This document shows positions 40,480 to 42,932 of a stretch of DNA of 42,932 nt, piece after piece. The notes below the pieces were generated by a model. It did not search any database, was not told the DNA's origin, and saw only the letters and a program-made list of their open reading frames with translations. The DNA lies in NCBI GenBank assembly GCA_043769075.1, contig JAYVJS010000551.1:1-42932 (forward strand), read 5' to 3'. Each line of letters begins with the position of its first letter. Within the stretch, counting starts at the first letter, position 1. The stretch is from Gemmatimonadota bacterium. Its GTDB lineage: Bacteria; Gemmatimonadota; Gemmatimonadetes; Gemmatimonadales; GWC2-71-9. The translations under genes and the position numbers were made by a program.

Positions 40480-41619
40480 CTAGATCCAGATCTGAGCAAG
40501 CACCCGCTTGAAGTTGCCTCCCAGCACGCCGATGATTTGATCGTCCGAATACTTCCGCCGGATCAACCCCTCGGTAAGGTCGTACATCCGCTTGGGATGA
40601 GCGATGTCGTCGATATCGATCTTGTCACGGAACCCGTAGCTCCCCTTGTAACTGGCCCGCAACCGTTTGTTGTCCTCAGCCGGCATGTCGTCGTAACCGT
40701 CGAGATCGATGTCGCTCCCGACCCCGACATGCTCGATGCCGATCATCTTCGCCACATAGTCGAAGTGATTGAGCGCATCCTCAACCGTCGTGGGCTCGCT
40801 GCCTTTGACGAACATCCGGACCCCGGTAATCCCCATGACGCTGCCCGCCTGGCCCACCTTCCGGATGACCTCGTCCGGCTTGCAGCGCGGGTGCCCCTGC
40901 GTCAGCGCCCGGACGTTCGAATGGGTGATCAAGACCGGCTTCTTGGAAACCTCGAAAGCATCCAGGGATGTTCTATCGCCGCAGTGCGAAACATCAACCG
41001 CCATCCCAACGGCATTCATCTTCTCGACAATCGACACTCCGAAATCACTGAGCCCTTCATCACGCCGTTCGGTCGACCCGTTGCCGATCATATTGCGGGT
41101 ATTGTACGTCAGCTGGGATACCCGCTGCCCGGCGGCATAGAACAGCTCGACGTCCTTCGGGGTCCGGAAGTGCTCGGAGTTCTGGACCCCGATCATGATC
41201 CCGACTTTGCCCGAGGTCTTGACCCGGTCCAGATCGGCCACGGAATCGATTCGCATGAAGTATTGATCGCTGCCGGCGAGAAAGCTGTTCCAGCCCGACA
41301 CGAAGTCATAGGTGCCTCGCCAGGCATCCGGGCCGCCGGTGCCGACGGCAATATGAAAGACATGGATCCCACTCGACCGGTACTTCTCGAAGTCGGTGGC
41401 CGTGAACAGCTCCGGCGTCGCTTGCCACTTGGCCATCAGCGGAAAGTTGAGGGTGATCGGGCTCAGCATATCGATCACCACGGAGCGTTTCATCAGATCG
41501 ATGGCGCGGGCCGAGTACTCGGTGGTGGTCCGGGCAAAGAGCGGAAACCGGCCCCGGAGAAACGCCGGGGCGCTGATCGCGGTCGCGGTGGCGGTAACAA
41601 ACTGGCGGCGTGAGGTCAT
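40480..41619 (-). CDS. Membrane dipeptidase (peptidase family M19, renal-dipeptidase type) with Tat-type signal
   Basis: 379 aa. Twin-arginine N-terminus MTSRRQFVTATATAISAPAF. It shows DVSHCGDRT, ITHSN and GVGSDIDLDG, typical of M19. Confidence 0.9.
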   Translation of the reverse strand: MTSRRQFVTATATAISAPAFLRGRFPLFARTTTEYSARAIDLMKRSVVIDMLSPITLNFPLMAKWQATPELFTATDFEKYRSSGIHVFHIAVGTGGPDAWRGTYDFVSGWNSFLAGSDQYFMRIDSVADLDRVKTSGKVGIMIGVQNSEHFRTPKDVELFYAAGQRVSQLTYNTRNMIGNGSTERRDEGLSDFGVSIVEKMNAVGMAVDVSHCGDRTSLDAFEVSKKPVLITHSNVRALTQGHPRCKPDEVIRKVGQAGSVMGITGVRMFVKGSEPTTVEDALNHFDYVAKMIGIEHVGVGSDIDLDGYDDMPAEDNKRLRASYKGSYGFRDKIDIDDIAHPKRMYDLTEGLIRRKYSDDQIIGVLGGNFKRVLAQIWI

Positions 41620-41627
41620 GAGGTTGT

Positions 41628-42932
41628 CTATCTCTTGATGTCCGCGCCCGCCTTGGGGGCCTGCCCCGGCGGCGGCAACGGAACGTGACGAGGGTACACC
41701 AGTTGGCCGCCTTGGACCTGGACCCGGCCGTCCCGGATAACCAGATCCACGTTGGCGATGTCGTCGAGCGTCTGGTCCGGGTTGCCGTTCACGACCAGCA
41801 CATCGGCGAGCTTACCGACTTCGATGGTACCGAGTTTATCACCCATGTCGAGCAGTTGGGCGTTGACCCGGGTGGCAATCCCAAGGACCTCGGGCACCGT
41901 GTAGCCGAGCTTGACGAAATTGCGCATCTCTTCATGGTAGGGCCAGGGCAGGTATTGAAACCAATCGACCACGAGATCGGTCCCGATACCGAGTGTCACG
42001 CCGGCGGCCTTCATCTTCTTGACCAGGGCCATGTTGGCGGAGTCTGAGAAGGTAAAGCGACGGCTGGTGGACCCGTAATACCCGCCGCTCAACTTGAAAA
42101 TGATCTGGTAGGGAATCAAGGTCGGGTCGGATTCGACCTTCTTTTCCGCCATCAACCGGATCGTCTCGTCGGACCGGGGGAGTGGATGCTCAATCATGTC
42201 GACCCCGGCCCTGACCGCCCGCTCGATGTAGAACGTCTCGGCGTCCGCCGTGATCTTGAGCCCAAGGTCGTGCGCTTCGGCCACCGCGGCCTGGATTTCT
42301 TCCTCCGAAAAGTGGCTCGTCACTTTGATGAAGTCGGCACCCCGGGCCACCTGCTCCCGGACCGCGTCGCGCCAATCAGCCGGTCCGGAGGCCTCCCGAA
42401 CGCCCGAGAGATACTGGCCTCCGGCAATGTCGGGCTCGGCCCCATGTCCCCCTCGGCCGGAAATGACCACGCCGGCGGCAAAGATCCTGGGGCCGACCAG
42501 ACGCCCTTGATTGATCCATTCCTTGAGGAGAAACGGGGTCTCGCCGTCCGAGCCGGTGTCCCGCAGCGAGGTAATCCCGCTCTCGATGTAGTACCGGAGC
42601 CGTTCGGCGCCCCGAAGCGCACCGTCGGCTCGACTCCGGGCCCGGGCATCGGAGTTCCCGGGTTGACGGTAGTCGATGTGGGTATGGAGATCGATCAGGC
42701 CGGGCATCACGGTCTTGCCGGCGACGTCGATGACCCGGGCATCCTTCGGCCATTCGGAGCTGTTGGGCGGAAGGATCGCGGTGATATGGTTTCGGGTCAG
42801 GACAACCGTCGCGACCCGAGCCACGGCACCGGTGCCGTCCCACAGGCGGCCGCCTTTGAGGACGATGGTGCCATTCGGAGCCGAGTAACCTGCCGGCATT
42901 GGGATCCGACGGGGGTCGTCCGTGGTGTTGGT
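41628..42932 (-). CDS. Amidohydrolase family protein, probably 5' partial (paralog of 36794-38119)
   Basis: It shows LWDGTG, PGLIDLHTHIDY and GTIEVGKLADVLVVNGNP. The first in-window ATG is at 42899, but the frame stays open to the window end. All neighbouring enzymes carry signal peptides, so the true start is probably upstream of the window. Confidence 0.75.
   Translation of the reverse strand, partial: TNTTDDPRRIPMPAGYSAPNGTIVLKGGRLWDGTGAVARVATVVLTRNHITAILPPNSSEWPKDARVIDVAGKTVMPGLIDLHTHIDYRQPGNSDARARSRADGALRGAERLRYYIESGITSLRDTGSDGETPFLLKEWINQGRLVGPRIFAAGVVISGRGGHGAEPDIAGGQYLSGVREASGPADWRDAVREQVARGADFIKVTSHFSEEEIQAAVAEAHDLGLKITADAETFYIERAVRAGVDMIEHPLPRSDETIRLMAEKKVESDPTLIPYQIIFKLSGGYYGSTSRRFTFSDSANMALVKKMKAAGVTLGIGTDLVVDWFQYLPWPYHEEMRNFVKLGYTVPEVLGIATRVNAQLLDMGDKLGTIEVGKLADVLVVNGNPDQTLDDIANVDLVIRDGRVQVQGGQLVYPRHVPLPPPGQAPKAGADIKR

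Noticed and set aside
1-42932. Mobile elements, prophage or defence islands, and tRNA/rRNA/ncRNA genes.
   Set aside because: I recognised no transposase, integrase, recombinase, terminal inverted repeats, cas, restriction or toxin-antitoxin signatures. No intergenic region exceeds about 320 nt, and none showed tRNA-like or riboswitch-like structure on inspection.

Overview
High-GC bacterial chromosomal window. The gene content resembles Gemmatimonadota or Acidobacteriota soil bacteria, but that taxonomy is only a guess. All protein calls come from recognising motifs by eye in the ORF track; no database search was run. I support about 40 tightly packed CDSs, many with ATGA, GTGA or short start/stop overlaps. 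I saw no rRNA, tRNA, CRISPR array, transposase or integrase.

Gene order:
- + strand, 1-6583: GT4 glycosyltransferase (5' partial), GH57, ECF sigma, a short RsrA-like ZAS anti-sigma, a GH63 glucosidase and a glucose 1-dehydrogenase.
- - strand, 6588-9129: DUF1905, Dps, an SDR and a fasciclin gene with a clear intrinsic terminator.
- + strand, 9307-10793: a CarH/LitR-like MerR regulator coupled to a CIA30 protein.
- - strand, 10816-15106: a pentapeptide-repeat protein, a penicillin-acylase gene broken by an in-frame TAA, and an acetamidase preceded by a signal-peptide ORF in the same frame across a TGA.
- + strand, 15211-24470: a second ZAS paralog, glycogen debranching enzyme and aquaporin; then DM13, GlcG-cupin, gluconolactonase, a small ORF, GMC oxidoreductase, a VOC protein and a GNAT.
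- - strand, 24392-28907: a Hanks kinase with a TolB-like propeller, a GNAT-NTF2 fusion, DUF456 and a thioesterase.
- 29034-33866: a HEAT-repeat protein, GabD and acetoacetyl-CoA synthetase.
- 33998-42932: a secreted peptide-catabolism cluster (D-aminoacylase, RidA, two amidohydrolases, DPP-IV, M19 dipeptidase).

Main hunting result: the exact ECF-type promoter pattern GGAAC-N17-CGTT occurs three times. Each copy sits at a + strand gene junction, and a one-mismatch fourth copy also exists. This suggests that the sigma/ZAS pair embedded in the alpha-glucan operon controls glucan breakdown, an aquaporin, a sigma-less ZAS paralog and a sugar-oxidation/redox gene set. That link is inference and needs experimental or genome-wide checks.
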